A DNA stretch of 64,000 nucleotides from Longimicrobiales bacterium (lineage in GTDB: Bacteria; Gemmatimonadota; Gemmatimonadetes; Longimicrobiales; Gaopeijiaceae), in contig OZ242008.1 in assembly GCA_965204735.1 (NCBI GenBank), positions 3,616,001 through 3,680,000 on the forward strand, in the 5' to 3' direction. Every line of letters begins with the position of its first letter. Position 1 is the first letter of the stretch. Positions 30,883-40,840 of the stretch are shown one piece after another. A program made the position numbers and the translations under genes. The notes below the pieces were generated by a model. The model searched no databases. It was not told where the DNA came from and saw nothing but the letters and a program-made list of their open reading frames with translations.

Positions 30883-33800
30883 CTAATAACGAGCTCTCCC
30901 GTTCGCTTCCACGCGAATTACACCGACGCACATCTCTTCCCAATGCGACCTGAACTTTCGTTTCGACTCGCGCTGCGCGACTTCTGTGTCCCGCCGCCGT
31001 TCTACCTCACGGATCCTTCCCTCAGTCGCTCGAACCAAACCCGTTCTCCCGTGGTCCTGGTGTTTCTGGAGCACTTCCTGCAGACGAGCAAGCTGGCGGG
31101 CTGCCCGTCGCTCGAGGGTCGTCACTTGCAAGTCGATGCGGTCGTCGTTGCCGTTCTTGCGGTCATTGTGCACGCGGCCATAGTCCTCTTCCAGTTTCGC
31201 CTGACACCTGTCGATGACGTCGCACGCCCGCTCCCGATCCACGTCGAACTCGGCCGAGTGCCAATTCACGCCATGCTGCCTGCCTGCATGTACCAGCTTC
31301 CACGATTGCCCGGCGGATAGTATGTCTCCGTCGCCCATGCAAGCTGATCGCGCACGAAGTTCGTCAACTGGTCGCCCGCCTCCAAAGCGCCAACGCCTCA
31401 AAGCGAATGCGTAATCGCCAGCTGGCCATCGGTCGTCGAGGTGATCAGTGTGTAGCTGAAGCGCCACTAGGGGACAGAATTCTCCCGAATTCGGCTTGAG
31501 TTGGCTGCCGATGAAGCGAATGAAGGGATGAAACTGAGTGATGCGCTCCCTGCGCTGAGATGGATGCTCGATTTTGTGCGAAAACACGTATTCTTGCAGA
31601 CGTCCTTCCGTCAAGCTTGTGCCTGTGGGCAACCGTTCGTCCTGGATGTACTGGGCCAAGTCCACTCGGAGCCTCGGCGGCAGCGCGATCTCCACGCACA
31701 ACGGCTCACTGGGGTCCACTCGGAACTCAAACGGCTCTCCGGCATGCCGGTCGAGGTAGTCGCCGGCATAGACCTTGAGGTCGTGACTGGTGATTCGCCG
31801 CTTGAAGTCGTGAGCTGCCCTCACTTCACGCAAGACGATTTCCTCGAGTGCAACCAGATGGATTGCTTGCCTCTCGAGATCATCTTTCTGTTTGCGTAGG
31901 TTTGCGACGGCCACCGCCGTCTGCTCGATTCGCTTTTTCTCTTTTTCTTTGGTGAATTCTTGACGCATCAGGTCTCCTGCGAGCTCTCGCACCTGCTTGC
32001 CAAGGATGACTTCCATGCCGCCGATGGACCGCTTGAAGATGTCGATCTTCTCAAGAAGCACAGTGTATATACGGTCGTCGATGGTATCTCCGTACACCAT
32101 GTTGACGATCTGGACCTTGGACGACGCTTGCCCAATCCGATCGACTCGGCCGATCCTCTGTTCTATCCGCATGGGGTTCCATGGAAGGTCGTAGTTGACT
32201 ATGCATCGAGAGAACTGCAAGTCGACTCCCTCGCTGGCCACCTCGGAAGTCAAGAGGACCTTGGTGTCGGCAGAGCGTCTAAATCTGTCTATGGCACGTT
32301 GCTTGTTCTCCGCCAAGCCTCCGTGGAGTACTTGGCTGGCAACGCGCCTTTCCGCCAGCCGCTGGGAGAGGTACTCCAGCGTCGCCTTGAAGTAGGAAAA
32401 CACGATCACTTTGTCGCCGGGGTAGTCGGTCCTATACTCAAGCAACCAATCGCAAAACGTCGTGAACTTGGTATCGGCATCTCTTAGCAAGCGATAATCG
32501 AATCCCCTCAAGTCCGCCGCGATGTGGTGCATCAGCGGCCGGACCGGCACTTTGGACTCGTCTCCTTCGCCGCTGTCGGCTTCAGAGGCCAGCAGCGCCA
32601 CCTTGTCGTCGGAGAGATCACTGGACCAGACTTTGGCCGCGGCATACATGCAGCTCGACATAAGGCGCTGGGGCATGGCAAGCAGGAAGCCTGCCCCTAC
32701 GTCCTTGCCCATAGCATAGCGACGAATGGACGTTGTCACCTTGCGGTAGAACTCCTCCTCGACACCGCCCGGGGGCATCTCGACCACGAGACAGCTGACG
32801 TCGCGCTCAACTCGAAGCTCCTGCACTTCCCGCTTGCGGGTCCGGGAAACGACGTGCCGTAGAAGGTTCGTCTTGTCGATGCGGCTGGCGAGTTCGACAC
32901 GGACCGCCGGGTCGGCAAGCGATTCTTTCTCGACCGAGTCGATGATGCCGCGAAGACGGCGGTTGCCGTGCAGGAGGTCGTGCCCGCCGGCCAGTCGAAG
33001 GGCTTCGACAACCTTGGCTTTCGTCGGTTGCGATTCCATGACCAGACCCCGGGCACGGATCAGTGGCTCGTTTGCCTCAAGCACCGCGGGGAAGACTTCA
33101 GACGACGAAAACGTATCGGGATCCAGCAAGCGAAGCAGGTGGAAGAGATCGTCCTCCTTGTTGTTGACTGGAGTAGCCGACAGGAGGACGACATGTTCGC
33201 TGACGTCCCGGAGGAGCGTACCAATGCGTGCGCTCTGCGTTCCCGGGTTTCGGAGGTAGTGGGCCTCGTCGATCACCAATAGGTCGATGATGTTGCTGCG
33301 ACCGGCACGCTCCTCGAGAAAACGCGCCAACCGGGCGGCAGGAGAGGCGACGGCTGGGTCTTCGTACAGCTTGGGCGGGCGAACTCCCTGGATGCTACAG
33401 ACGAGAGCCTGGGACTCTATGGCTCGATACCTGGGAGCCGACAGTTCCTTGAGCAGCCCTTCAGCGTCTACTTGTCGACTGGAGACGCCGAATTTGTTGC
33501 CGAGCTCGAGCTCCCACTTGTCGCGGAGCGTGGCGGGGCAGACGACCACAAGCCGGCGCGCGTCGGATCGGGCGCGAAGCTCGGTCCAGATCAAGCCAGC
33601 CTCGATCGTCTTGCCGAGCCCAACCTCGTCGGCGATGAGGATCCCGTTCGAGGGAGACGCCAGAAACGTCAGTACCGGCTTGTACTGGTAAGGCAAGAAG
33701 TCGATGTTCGTGGCGTCCATGCTGTATACCAGATCGCGGACATTGCCGGCGATCTGGCAGAACGTGATGTTCCGCCGAAGCTCCGAGTGTCCGCAGAAAC

Positions 33801-34011
33801 GACCCTCCCACAAGAGCGTGCAGGGATCCGGCGGATCTTCGGGCCCACATCGCAGCTCGTACTCTGGACGCCAGTCTACTGTGCTGTCGTCCCACCGCAC
33901 TTGCCACATGTCGTACTCGGTGTCATCCAGCCGTCGTCGACGAGGCCCCTTGACGATCACGCCTCGGCGGCTCGGGTCGTATTCGAGTTCAACGACGAGC
34001 CCGATGTGCAC
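30883..34011 (-). CDS. SNF2/RapA-like helicase
   Basis: GTG start with GGGGAG RBS; ILIADEVGLGKT, IDEAH, LSATP, SEGVDLQ, NYDLPWNPMRIEQRIGRVDRIGQ. Confidence 0.92.
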   Translation of the reverse strand: MHIGLVVELEYDPSRRGVIVKGPRRRRLDDTEYDMWQVRWDDSTVDWRPEYELRCGPEDPPDPCTLLWEGRFCGHSELRRNITFCQIAGNVRDLVYSMDATNIDFLPYQYKPVLTFLASPSNGILIADEVGLGKTIEAGLIWTELRARSDARRLVVVCPATLRDKWELELGNKFGVSSRQVDAEGLLKELSAPRYRAIESQALVCSIQGVRPPKLYEDPAVASPAARLARFLEERAGRSNIIDLLVIDEAHYLRNPGTQSARIGTLLRDVSEHVVLLSATPVNNKEDDLFHLLRLLDPDTFSSSEVFPAVLEANEPLIRARGLVMESQPTKAKVVEALRLAGGHDLLHGNRRLRGIIDSVEKESLADPAVRVELASRIDKTNLLRHVVSRTRKREVQELRVERDVSCLVVEMPPGGVEEEFYRKVTTSIRRYAMGKDVGAGFLLAMPQRLMSSCMYAAAKVWSSDLSDDKVALLASEADSGEGDESKVPVRPLMHHIAADLRGFDYRLLRDADTKFTTFCDWLLEYRTDYPGDKVIVFSYFKATLEYLSQRLAERRVASQVLHGGLAENKQRAIDRFRRSADTKVLLTSEVASEGVDLQFSRCIVNYDLPWNPMRIEQRIGRVDRIGQASSKVQIVNMVYGDTIDDRIYTVLLEKIDIFKRSIGGMEVILGKQVRELAGDLMRQEFTKEKEKKRIEQTAVAVANLRKQKDDLERQAIHLVALEEIVLREVRAAHDFKRRITSHDLKVYAGDYLDRHAGEPFEFRVDPSEPLCVEIALPPRLRVDLAQYIQDERLPTGTSLTEGRLQEYVFSHKIEHPSQRRERITQFHPFIRFIGSQLKPNSGEFCPLVALQLHTDHLDDRWPAGDYAFALRRWRFGGGRPVDELRARSACMGDGDILSAGQSWKLVHAGRQHGVNWHSAEFDVDRERACDVIDRCQAKLEEDYGRVHNDRKNGNDDRIDLQVTTLERRAARQLARLQEVLQKHQDHGRTGLVRATEGRIREVERRRDTEVAQRESKRKFRSHWEEMCVGVIRVEANGRARY

Positions 34012-34042
34012 GGCGGCTCCCCTCTTGGCTAGCGGCGCCAGC

Positions 34043-35689
34043 TCAGAACACCGGCGCCCAAATCCAAGTGTCGGACCTGGCCCACGCCTTCTCGAACCGA
34101 GCCTTGGCCTCGTCCGCAACCTCGTCCTTCCCCTGCGCCCGCAACGCCGTCTCCAGCCCGAAGAGCGACCAGCCGTTGTGGGGATGGTCCTCCAGCGCCG
34201 CCTCAAACACGGCCTCCGCCTCGGCCCAGCGCTCGGTCTCCAGCAGCAGGTTGCCCAGCCAGTGGCGGGCCGAGAAGTTGAGGGGCTCGGGCTCGTCGTA
34301 GCGCAGGCCGTCCTCGGTCTCGATCGCTGCCTCCAGCGCCGCTGCCGCCTCGTCGGTCTTGCCCTCGTGGCGCAGGAGCTCGCCTTCCAGGATGCCGGCG
34401 ACCACGCCCAGCAGGTCCGCGGCCGAGTGCCCCCGGAAGGTCTCGCTCTCGGGCGTGTCCTCGGCGGCCTGCCGGACGCGCTCCAGGTACACGGACGCCC
34501 TTCCCGGCTCGTCGGTCCGCAGGTAGGCGTACCCCCGGCTGAAGTCCCAGAAGCCGCGCTGGATGCCGCCGTCGGGCGGGTCGTCCATCTCCAGGATCTC
34601 GTCGAAGCGGCCGAAGCGCAGCAGCGCCATCGCCTCGTAGAACGCGCCGCCGGGCACGATCTTGCCGTAGTCCTTGGCGGCCTGCACGGCGACGGCGCCC
34701 TGCCCGTCCATCGACGCCGCGAAGAGGAGCATGTGCAGGTTGTGGGACGGGTAGATCGCCCACGCCCGGTCAACGTTCGCCCGCAGGTCGGTGTGCCACG
34801 CGGCGGTGTTGGCCTCGACGGCGTCGCCCCAGCGCCCGACCCGGTTGTAGGTGTGGGACGGCATGTGCTGGATGTGGCTGGCGCCCGGGATCGACCGGCC
34901 CAGGTGGTCGGCGCACGCCTCCGCCTTGCCGGGCTCGACGGTGGGCTCGGTGGCGTGGACATACAGGTGGCACGCCCCGGGATGCTCGATGCTCCGCTTC
35001 AGCACCGCCTCCAGCACCGCGTGTATCTTCTTGACCGCCGGCTTGTCCTTGTCCCACCGGCCCCGCCTGGGCTCGAGCAGCATCAGCGACTCGCCGTAGA
35101 GCGTGCCCACGTCCAGGTCCTGGGGGAAGCGCTCCCACACGTCGGCCATCGCCCGGGCGTAGACCGAGTCCAGGGACTTCCGCACGGCCTCGTCCTGCTC
35201 CTCCACGTAGCGGACAGCCATCGCCTCGATCAGCGCCTTCTCGACGTCGCTGGCCCGGCCCTTGTCGGCAAGCTCCTTCGCCATCCGGACGTTCTCGTAG
35301 GCCCGGGGCGCGTCGTCGGGACCCATTCCCCCGTTCAGGTACGGTCCCCACGCCCACGCCTCGCCCCAGAAGCACATTGCGCAGCCCGGGTCTTCCCTCT
35401 GGGCTTGGCGGAACGAGCGCGCCGCCCGCAGCGGCGTGAAGGCGTACATCATCTGGAGCCCCTGGTCGAAGTACTCCTGGGCTCGGCGGGATTCGGTGGT
35501 GATGGGACGGGTCAGGGGTCCCAGCGCGTCGGCGTAGTGCTTCGCCTCCTCGTCGAAGCCCGCCGGGTACTCGGCCTGGTGACCGTTGCCCTGGGCAAGC
35601 GCCGGGGCCGGAAGGGCGGAGAGGGCCGCGAACGCCACGGCCAGAGCGACGACGGCGGCGCGGCAACGCCGGGAACAGGCAGGATCCAT
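34043..35689 (-). CDS. Secreted TPR-containing protein
   Basis: Signal peptide; AQEYFDQGL, HPGACHLYVH, HIQHMPSHTY; C-terminal TPR. Confidence 0.85.
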   Translation of the reverse strand: MDPACSRRCRAAVVALAVAFAALSALPAPALAQGNGHQAEYPAGFDEEAKHYADALGPLTRPITTESRRAQEYFDQGLQMMYAFTPLRAARSFRQAQREDPGCAMCFWGEAWAWGPYLNGGMGPDDAPRAYENVRMAKELADKGRASDVEKALIEAMAVRYVEEQDEAVRKSLDSVYARAMADVWERFPQDLDVGTLYGESLMLLEPRRGRWDKDKPAVKKIHAVLEAVLKRSIEHPGACHLYVHATEPTVEPGKAEACADHLGRSIPGASHIQHMPSHTYNRVGRWGDAVEANTAAWHTDLRANVDRAWAIYPSHNLHMLLFAASMDGQGAVAVQAAKDYGKIVPGGAFYEAMALLRFGRFDEILEMDDPPDGGIQRGFWDFSRGYAYLRTDEPGRASVYLERVRQAAEDTPESETFRGHSAADLLGVVAGILEGELLRHEGKTDEAAAALEAAIETEDGLRYDEPEPLNFSARHWLGNLLLETERWAEAEAVFEAALEDHPHNGWSLFGLETALRAQGKDEVADEAKARFEKAWARSDTWIWAPVF

Positions 35690-35925
35690 GTGGTCGATTC
35701 GTCCTTGTTAGCTTGTCGGGTGGCGATGGGTTTGCCGGCGGACGAAGGTTCTCGCTGGGGTTGCGCAACCGTCCGCTCAAGGGGCAATGTGCGACGCGGG
35801 CCGGGCGGACGCCAGGGTTCCACCTCCGAGTCGTCCCATCCAGCTATTGCCCCGCCCGTGGACTGGACGGCGGAGGTCGTCCGCCGCAAGCCGGACTTCC
35901 CGCGACGAGCACGACCGGAGGGAGA

Positions 35926-36480
35926 TTGCTGCCCGAGCTGGAGCGAGAGCTGCTGAAGAAGTGCCAGGCCGGCGACGCGCGCTTCTACGAGCCGATCGTC
36001 CGGGCGTACGAACCGGCCGGGCTGCGGATCGCCCTGGGCATGATGGGAAACCACGAGGACGCGCAGGACGTCCTCCAGGAAGCCTTCGTGAAGACTTGGC
36101 AGACGCTGCACCGCTTCGACCTGAACCGCAGCTTCGGTCCCTGGTTCTTCCAGATACTGCGGAACCATTGCCGGGACGCCCTGCGGAGCCGAAAGGCCCG
36201 GTTCAGCCGAGAGGCCCTGGGCGAGCAGCTGGAGACCGTGCCGTCGAACCCGGAGCACGGACCGGAGCGCCGCCTGGAACGCCGCCTCGCCAAGGAGAGG
36301 CTGTGGACGGCCCTGGAGAAGCTCAGCGAGGACCACCGGGAGATCATCGTGCTCAAGGAGCTGGAAGGCTTCCGCTACGGCGAGATCGCCGGGATACTCA
36401 GGATTCCCGAAGGGACGGTGGCCAGCCGCCTCTTCCATGCCCGCCAGGCCTTGGCCGAGGCGCTCCTGGAGACGCCATGA
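35926..36480 (+). CDS. ECF RNA polymerase sigma factor
   Basis: DAQDVLQEAF, FGPWFFQILRN, YGEIAGILRIPEGTVASRLFHAR. Confidence 0.93.
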   Translation: MLPELERELLKKCQAGDARFYEPIVRAYEPAGLRIALGMMGNHEDAQDVLQEAFVKTWQTLHRFDLNRSFGPWFFQILRNHCRDALRSRKARFSREALGEQLETVPSNPEHGPERRLERRLAKERLWTALEKLSEDHREIIVLKELEGFRYGEIAGILRIPEGTVASRLFHARQALAEALLETP

Positions 36481-36890
36481 CGGACCACGAGCAGCTCATG
36501 CGCTTCCTGGACGGGGAAGCCGCGCCCGAAGAGAGGAGTTCCGTCGAAAGCTCCCTGAAGGAATCAAGCGAGCTTCGGCGGGAGCTGGCCGTCTACCAGT
36601 CGATCAAGGACGGGTTCAGCGACATGACGTTCGTCCCCTGGGACGAGGGTTCGACATGGGGCCGCGTTCGGAAGCGGCTCTCCGTGCCCGTGGGGTGGAT
36701 CCTGACCGGGTCGGGGCTGGCGGCCTGGATCGGCTACGGCCTATGGGTCTTCCTCACGTCGCCCACGAGCGTCCTGGTCAGGCTCGCCACCGGGGGAGTG
36801 GTCATCGGCGTCCTGGTCCTGCTGGCGAACGTGATCTGGGACCGTTGCCGCGAGTACCGCACCGATCCCTACCGGCACGTGCATCGGTGA
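36477..36890 (+). CDS. Putative membrane anti-sigma factor
   Basis: ATGA overlap; LMRFLDGE N-terminus; two TM segments. Confidence 0.75.
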   Translation: MTDHEQLMRFLDGEAAPEERSSVESSLKESSELRRELAVYQSIKDGFSDMTFVPWDEGSTWGRVRKRLSVPVGWILTGSGLAAWIGYGLWVFLTSPTSVLVRLATGGVVIGVLVLLANVIWDRCREYRTDPYRHVHR

Positions 36891-37222
36891 TCCTCGCGAC
36901 GACCGAATCCGTCGCGGGCCGTCGCGTCGCGCGCACGCTGGGGCTTGTGCGCGGCAGCTCGATCCGGGCGCGACACGTGGGCCGGGACCTTGTCGCGGGG
37001 CTGCGCAACTTGGCCGGCGGCGAGCTTCACGAGTACACCAAGCTGCTGGCCGAGGCCCGGGAGCAGGCCATCGACCGGATGATCGCCGAGGCCGAAGCCA
37101 TGGGAGCCGACGGCGTCCTCGCCATCCGCTTCCAGTCCGCGGAAGTCAGCCGCGGCGCCGCCGAGATGGTCTGCTACGGAACGGCCGTCGAGCTGGAAGC
37201 CGTCGGGACGGTTGCCTTGTAG
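36887..37222 (+). CDS. YbjQ/UPF0145 family protein
   Basis: LGLVRGS, GGELHEYTKLLAEAREQA, YGTAV. Confidence 0.92.
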   Translation: MILATTESVAGRRVARTLGLVRGSSIRARHVGRDLVAGLRNLAGGELHEYTKLLAEAREQAIDRMIAEAEAMGADGVLAIRFQSAEVSRGAAEMVCYGTAVELEAVGTVAL

Positions 37223-37298
37223 ATTGGTCGGCGGAAAAGCGACCGGGGATCGAACCCCGAACCCCCCATCGGACTCCTGAAGCCAAAGGCGACTCCAA

Positions 37299-38486
37299 AT
37301 GACCAGCAGGACTTCCACTCTCGCCCTCGCCGCCCTCTTCGCGGGAGCCGCGTCCGCCCTCGTCGGTCCGCCGGCGGTCCGGCCCGCCCAGGGCCAGTCG
37401 GACGCTATGCGTTCCACCTACCACGACTATCGCGTGGTCACCGTCGCGGACGGCCTCAATCAGCCGTGGTCGATCGCCTTTCTCCCGGGGGGAGACATGC
37501 TGGTGACCGAGCGCCCGGGCCGGCTTCGGATCGTGCGAGACGGTGTCCTCCTCCCCTCGCCCGTCCCCGGCGTTCCCGAGGTGCTCGCAAGGGGCCAGGG
37601 CGGGATGCTCGAGGTCCTGCCCCACCCGGAGTTCGCATCGAACCGCCTCGTCTACCTGAGCTACTCGAAGCCGATCGGCAACGGCAACGAGGCGACCACC
37701 GCCGTCGTCCGAGGCACGCTCGAGAACGACCACTTCACCCAGACCGACATGATCTTCGAGGCGGTCTCCCAGGGCGGGGGCCACTTCGGCTGCAAGCTCG
37801 CGTTCGACGCCGACGGGTATCTCTGGCTGACCGTCGGCGACCGCCAGGCGCCGCCCCAGGGCGACCTCCACGCACACCCGGCCCAGGACCTCTCGAACCA
37901 TCACGGCGTCGTCGTTCGGCTCCACGACGACGGGCGCGTGCCCGAAGACAATCCTTTCGTGGGCGTGGTCGACGCCCGCCCCGAGACGTGGAGCTACGGC
38001 CACCGCAACCCCCAGGGGCTGGCGATCCACCCGGAGACGGGCGCCCCCTGGATCACCGAGCACGGACCCCAGGGCGGCGACGAGGTGAACAGGCCCGAAG
38101 CGGGCAAGAACTACGGCTGGCCGGTGATCGGCTACGGCGTCAACTACGGCACCGGTTCCGCCATCCACGCGACGACCCACGCCGACGGGATGGAGCAGCC
38201 CCTGCACGTGTGGGTGCCGTCGATCGGCGCTTCGGGGCTGGTGTTCTACACGGGCGACAAGTTTCCCGAGTGGCGGGGCAGCCTCTTCGCCGGCGGCCTC
38301 CGCGGCCAGCGCCTGGAGCGGTTCACCGTGGAAGGCGGCCGGGTCACTGCGGTGGAGACCCTGATGCGGGGCATGGGACGGATCCGGGACGTGCGCCAGG
38401 GACCCGACGGCTACATCTACGTGGCGATCGTCGGGCGGGCGGACGGTGAAGAAACGCCGATTGTGCGGCTGGAGCCGGCGGGGTAG
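37299..38486 (+). CDS. PQQ-dependent sugar dehydrogenase (GSDH/YliI-like), copy 1
   Basis: PWSIAFLP, LVTERPGRL, HFG, SYGHRNPQG, EHGPQGGDEVN, RIRDV. Confidence 0.92.
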   Translation: MTSRTSTLALAALFAGAASALVGPPAVRPAQGQSDAMRSTYHDYRVVTVADGLNQPWSIAFLPGGDMLVTERPGRLRIVRDGVLLPSPVPGVPEVLARGQGGMLEVLPHPEFASNRLVYLSYSKPIGNGNEATTAVVRGTLENDHFTQTDMIFEAVSQGGGHFGCKLAFDADGYLWLTVGDRQAPPQGDLHAHPAQDLSNHHGVVVRLHDDGRVPEDNPFVGVVDARPETWSYGHRNPQGLAIHPETGAPWITEHGPQGGDEVNRPEAGKNYGWPVIGYGVNYGTGSAIHATTHADGMEQPLHVWVPSIGASGLVFYTGDKFPEWRGSLFAGGLRGQRLERFTVEGGRVTAVETLMRGMGRIRDVRQGPDGYIYVAIVGRADGEETPIVRLEPAG

Positions 38487-38658
38487 GAATGGCCCCGAGC
38501 AGACGCCTCGGGTTCGGGCCGGGCTTGTCCCGACGACCTGGGCCGCGGCGTCCACTCGGTCTCCCGCAAGCCGGGTCGACGACAAACTTCCGGCGGACGC
38601 CCAGCCTCGCCGGCCCGCCCGCCCGAGTCGGCCTTCCACCCGCCCGAATCGGCTTGAA

Positions 38659-39954
38659 GTGACGCGGGGTTCGTCTCCATGCCGTCCTGCCACGCTCGCC
38701 GCAGTCGCGGCCGTCCTTCTCCAGCTGCCGACGTCGGGGCTGGCCGCCCAGCCCCTCTCCGGCGACCAGTTGGAGCCCAGGCGTTCCGCCTACCACGACT
38801 ACCGGTTGGTCCCGGTCGCGGACGGGTTCGTTCAGCCGTGGTCGATCGCCTTTCTCCCGGGGGGCGACATGCTGGTGACCGAGCGTGCCGGCCGGCTTCG
38901 GATCGTCCGAGACGGCGTTCTCCTGCCGCGCCCCGTCCCCGGCGTTCCCGAGGTGTTCGCGGTCCAGCACGGTGGGATGTTCGACGTCCTTCCCCACCCG
39001 AACTTCGCAACGAACCGCCTCGTCTACTTGAGCTACGCGAAGCCGGTGGGCGACGGGAGCAAGGGGATCACGGCCGTCGTTCGAGGCACGCTCGAGAACG
39101 ACCGCTTCATCCAGACCGACAAGATATTCGAAGCAGTCTCTCGTGCATCGAGGTGGGGGTTCGGGGGGAAGCTCGCCTTCGACGCCGACGGCTATCTGTG
39201 GCTGACCGTCGGCGACCATCTGTCCCAGGACGACCCGCTGTCCCAGATTTGGGGCAACCTCCGCGCGCACCCGGCCCAGGACCTGTCGGACCACCAAGGC
39301 GTCGTCGTTCGGCTTCACGACGACGGGCGCGTGCCCGACGACAATCCCTTCGTGGGCAAGAGCGGCGCCCCCCCGAAGAGATGGAGCGTCCTCGACCAAG
39401 TTGTTCGCGGCCCGCCCCGAGCGGCCCGCCCCGAGACGTGGAGCTACGGCCACCGCAACCCCCAGGGGCTGGCGATCCACCCGGAGACGGGCGCTCCCTG
39501 GATCACCGAACACGGACCCAAGGGCGGCGACGAGGTGAACAGGCCCGAAGCGGGCAAGAACTACGGCTGGCCGGTGATCGGCTACGGCGTCAACTACGAC
39601 TTCAACTCCATCCACGCGTCGACCCACGCCGACGGGATGGAGCAGCCCCTGCACGTATGGGTGCCGTCGATCGCTCCTTCCGGGCTTGCGTTCTACACGG
39701 GCGACAAGTTCCCCGAGTGGCGGGGCAACCTCTTCGCCGGCGGCCTCTACGGCCAGTGCCTGGAGCGGTTCACCGTGGAAGGCGGCCGGATCACGGCGGT
39801 GGAGACCCTGATGCAGGGCGTGGGACGGGTCCGGGACGTGCGCCAGGGCCCCGACGGTTACATCTACGTGGCGATCGTCGGTTGGGTGGCAGGCGAAAGA
39901 ACGCCGATTGTGCGGCTGGAACCGGCGGGGGCGGGGCTGGGGCCGGCGGGGTAG
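38659..39954 (+). CDS. PQQ-dependent sugar dehydrogenase paralogue, copy 2
   Basis: Long near-identical DNA blocks shared with copy 1; start approximate. Confidence 0.88.
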   Translation: MTRGSSPCRPATLAAVAAVLLQLPTSGLAAQPLSGDQLEPRRSAYHDYRLVPVADGFVQPWSIAFLPGGDMLVTERAGRLRIVRDGVLLPRPVPGVPEVFAVQHGGMFDVLPHPNFATNRLVYLSYAKPVGDGSKGITAVVRGTLENDRFIQTDKIFEAVSRASRWGFGGKLAFDADGYLWLTVGDHLSQDDPLSQIWGNLRAHPAQDLSDHQGVVVRLHDDGRVPDDNPFVGKSGAPPKRWSVLDQVVRGPPRAARPETWSYGHRNPQGLAIHPETGAPWITEHGPKGGDEVNRPEAGKNYGWPVIGYGVNYDFNSIHASTHADGMEQPLHVWVPSIAPSGLAFYTGDKFPEWRGNLFAGGLYGQCLERFTVEGGRITAVETLMQGVGRVRDVRQGPDGYIYVAIVGWVAGERTPIVRLEPAGAGLGPAG

Positions 39955-40042
39955 GCGGGCGGGACGCCGAGGCGCGCCTCCCGCTGGTCCTCACGTGCTG
40001 CGTGGCGTCATGCAGGCGCTGTCGGACCGCGTCGGCCGGCTC

Positions 40043-40840
40043 TCACGCCGACGCTTCAGATCCTTTCGGCGCCGTCGCGGGTTCGCTGCTCCCGGCAGCC
40101 GTGCGTTCGACCTTGGCCGCGTAGTTCCGCGCCTCGTACCCCATCGACCGCACCAGCCGCGCTTCGTGGGCGTCCAAGGTGGTTCGGCCGAAGACCGTGC
40201 GGAGCGCCCGCATCACGCTCTGCGGCTTGCGGGCCTTGAAGAACTCGATCCGCGCAAGGCCCGCCTCCAGCGCTCCGTACATCTCCTCCAGCTCGGCTGC
40301 GGTGGCCGGCCCCAGGGAGCGCTTGCCGGTCGGCATGGCGTCGGCGTCCCCGTCGCGCGCCAAGAGCAGCTCGTACGCGACCAGCAGCGCCGCCTGGGCC
40401 AAGTTCAGGGAGGCGTGGCCCGGAGCGGTGGGCACGACCAGCACGTCGTGGCAGCGGTCCAGGTCCTCGTTGGAAAGCCCCCGGTCCTCTCGCCCGAAGA
40501 CCAGCGCCACGTCCCCCTTGCAAGCCCGTCGCAGGATGCGGGGGGCCAGCTCCCGAGGCCGATGGTAGTTGCGCCGGGCCGTCCGGGGGCGGGCGGAGGC
40601 GCCCACGACGTAGGTGGCGTCGGCCAGCGCCTCGTCGAGCGTCGCGGCCCGGCAGATGCGGTCCACGATCCGGTGGGTGCGGTGGGCGATTCCGGTGATC
40701 CGCCACGAGTCGAACTCGGCCGGGTCCACCAAGGTGAGCCGCTCCAGCCCCATGTTGGCCATCGCCCTGACCACCCCCGCCACGTTCACCACGTCCTGGG
40801 GCTGGTGCAGGACGACGCGGACGCGCTCCGTCGCCGTCAC
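40043..40840 (-). CDS. trmJ: TrmJ/LasT-family SPOUT RNA methyltransferase
   Basis: NVAGVVRAMANMG, ALVFGREDRGLSNEDL, SLNLAQA. Confidence 0.85.
   Translation of the reverse strand: MTATERVRVVLHQPQDVVNVAGVVRAMANMGLERLTLVDPAEFDSWRITGIAHRTHRIVDRICRAATLDEALADATYVVGASARPRTARRNYHRPRELAPRILRRACKGDVALVFGREDRGLSNEDLDRCHDVLVVPTAPGHASLNLAQAALLVAYELLLARDGDADAMPTGKRSLGPATAAELEEMYGALEAGLARIEFFKARKPQSVMRALRTVFGRTTLDAHEARLVRSMGYEARNYAAKVERTAAGSSEPATAPKGSEASA

Noticed and set aside
30883..34962. 1359-aa helicase call in the ORF track
   Set aside because: The first 317 codons mostly overlap the TPR gene out of frame; the real start is most likely GTG 34011 with an RBS.
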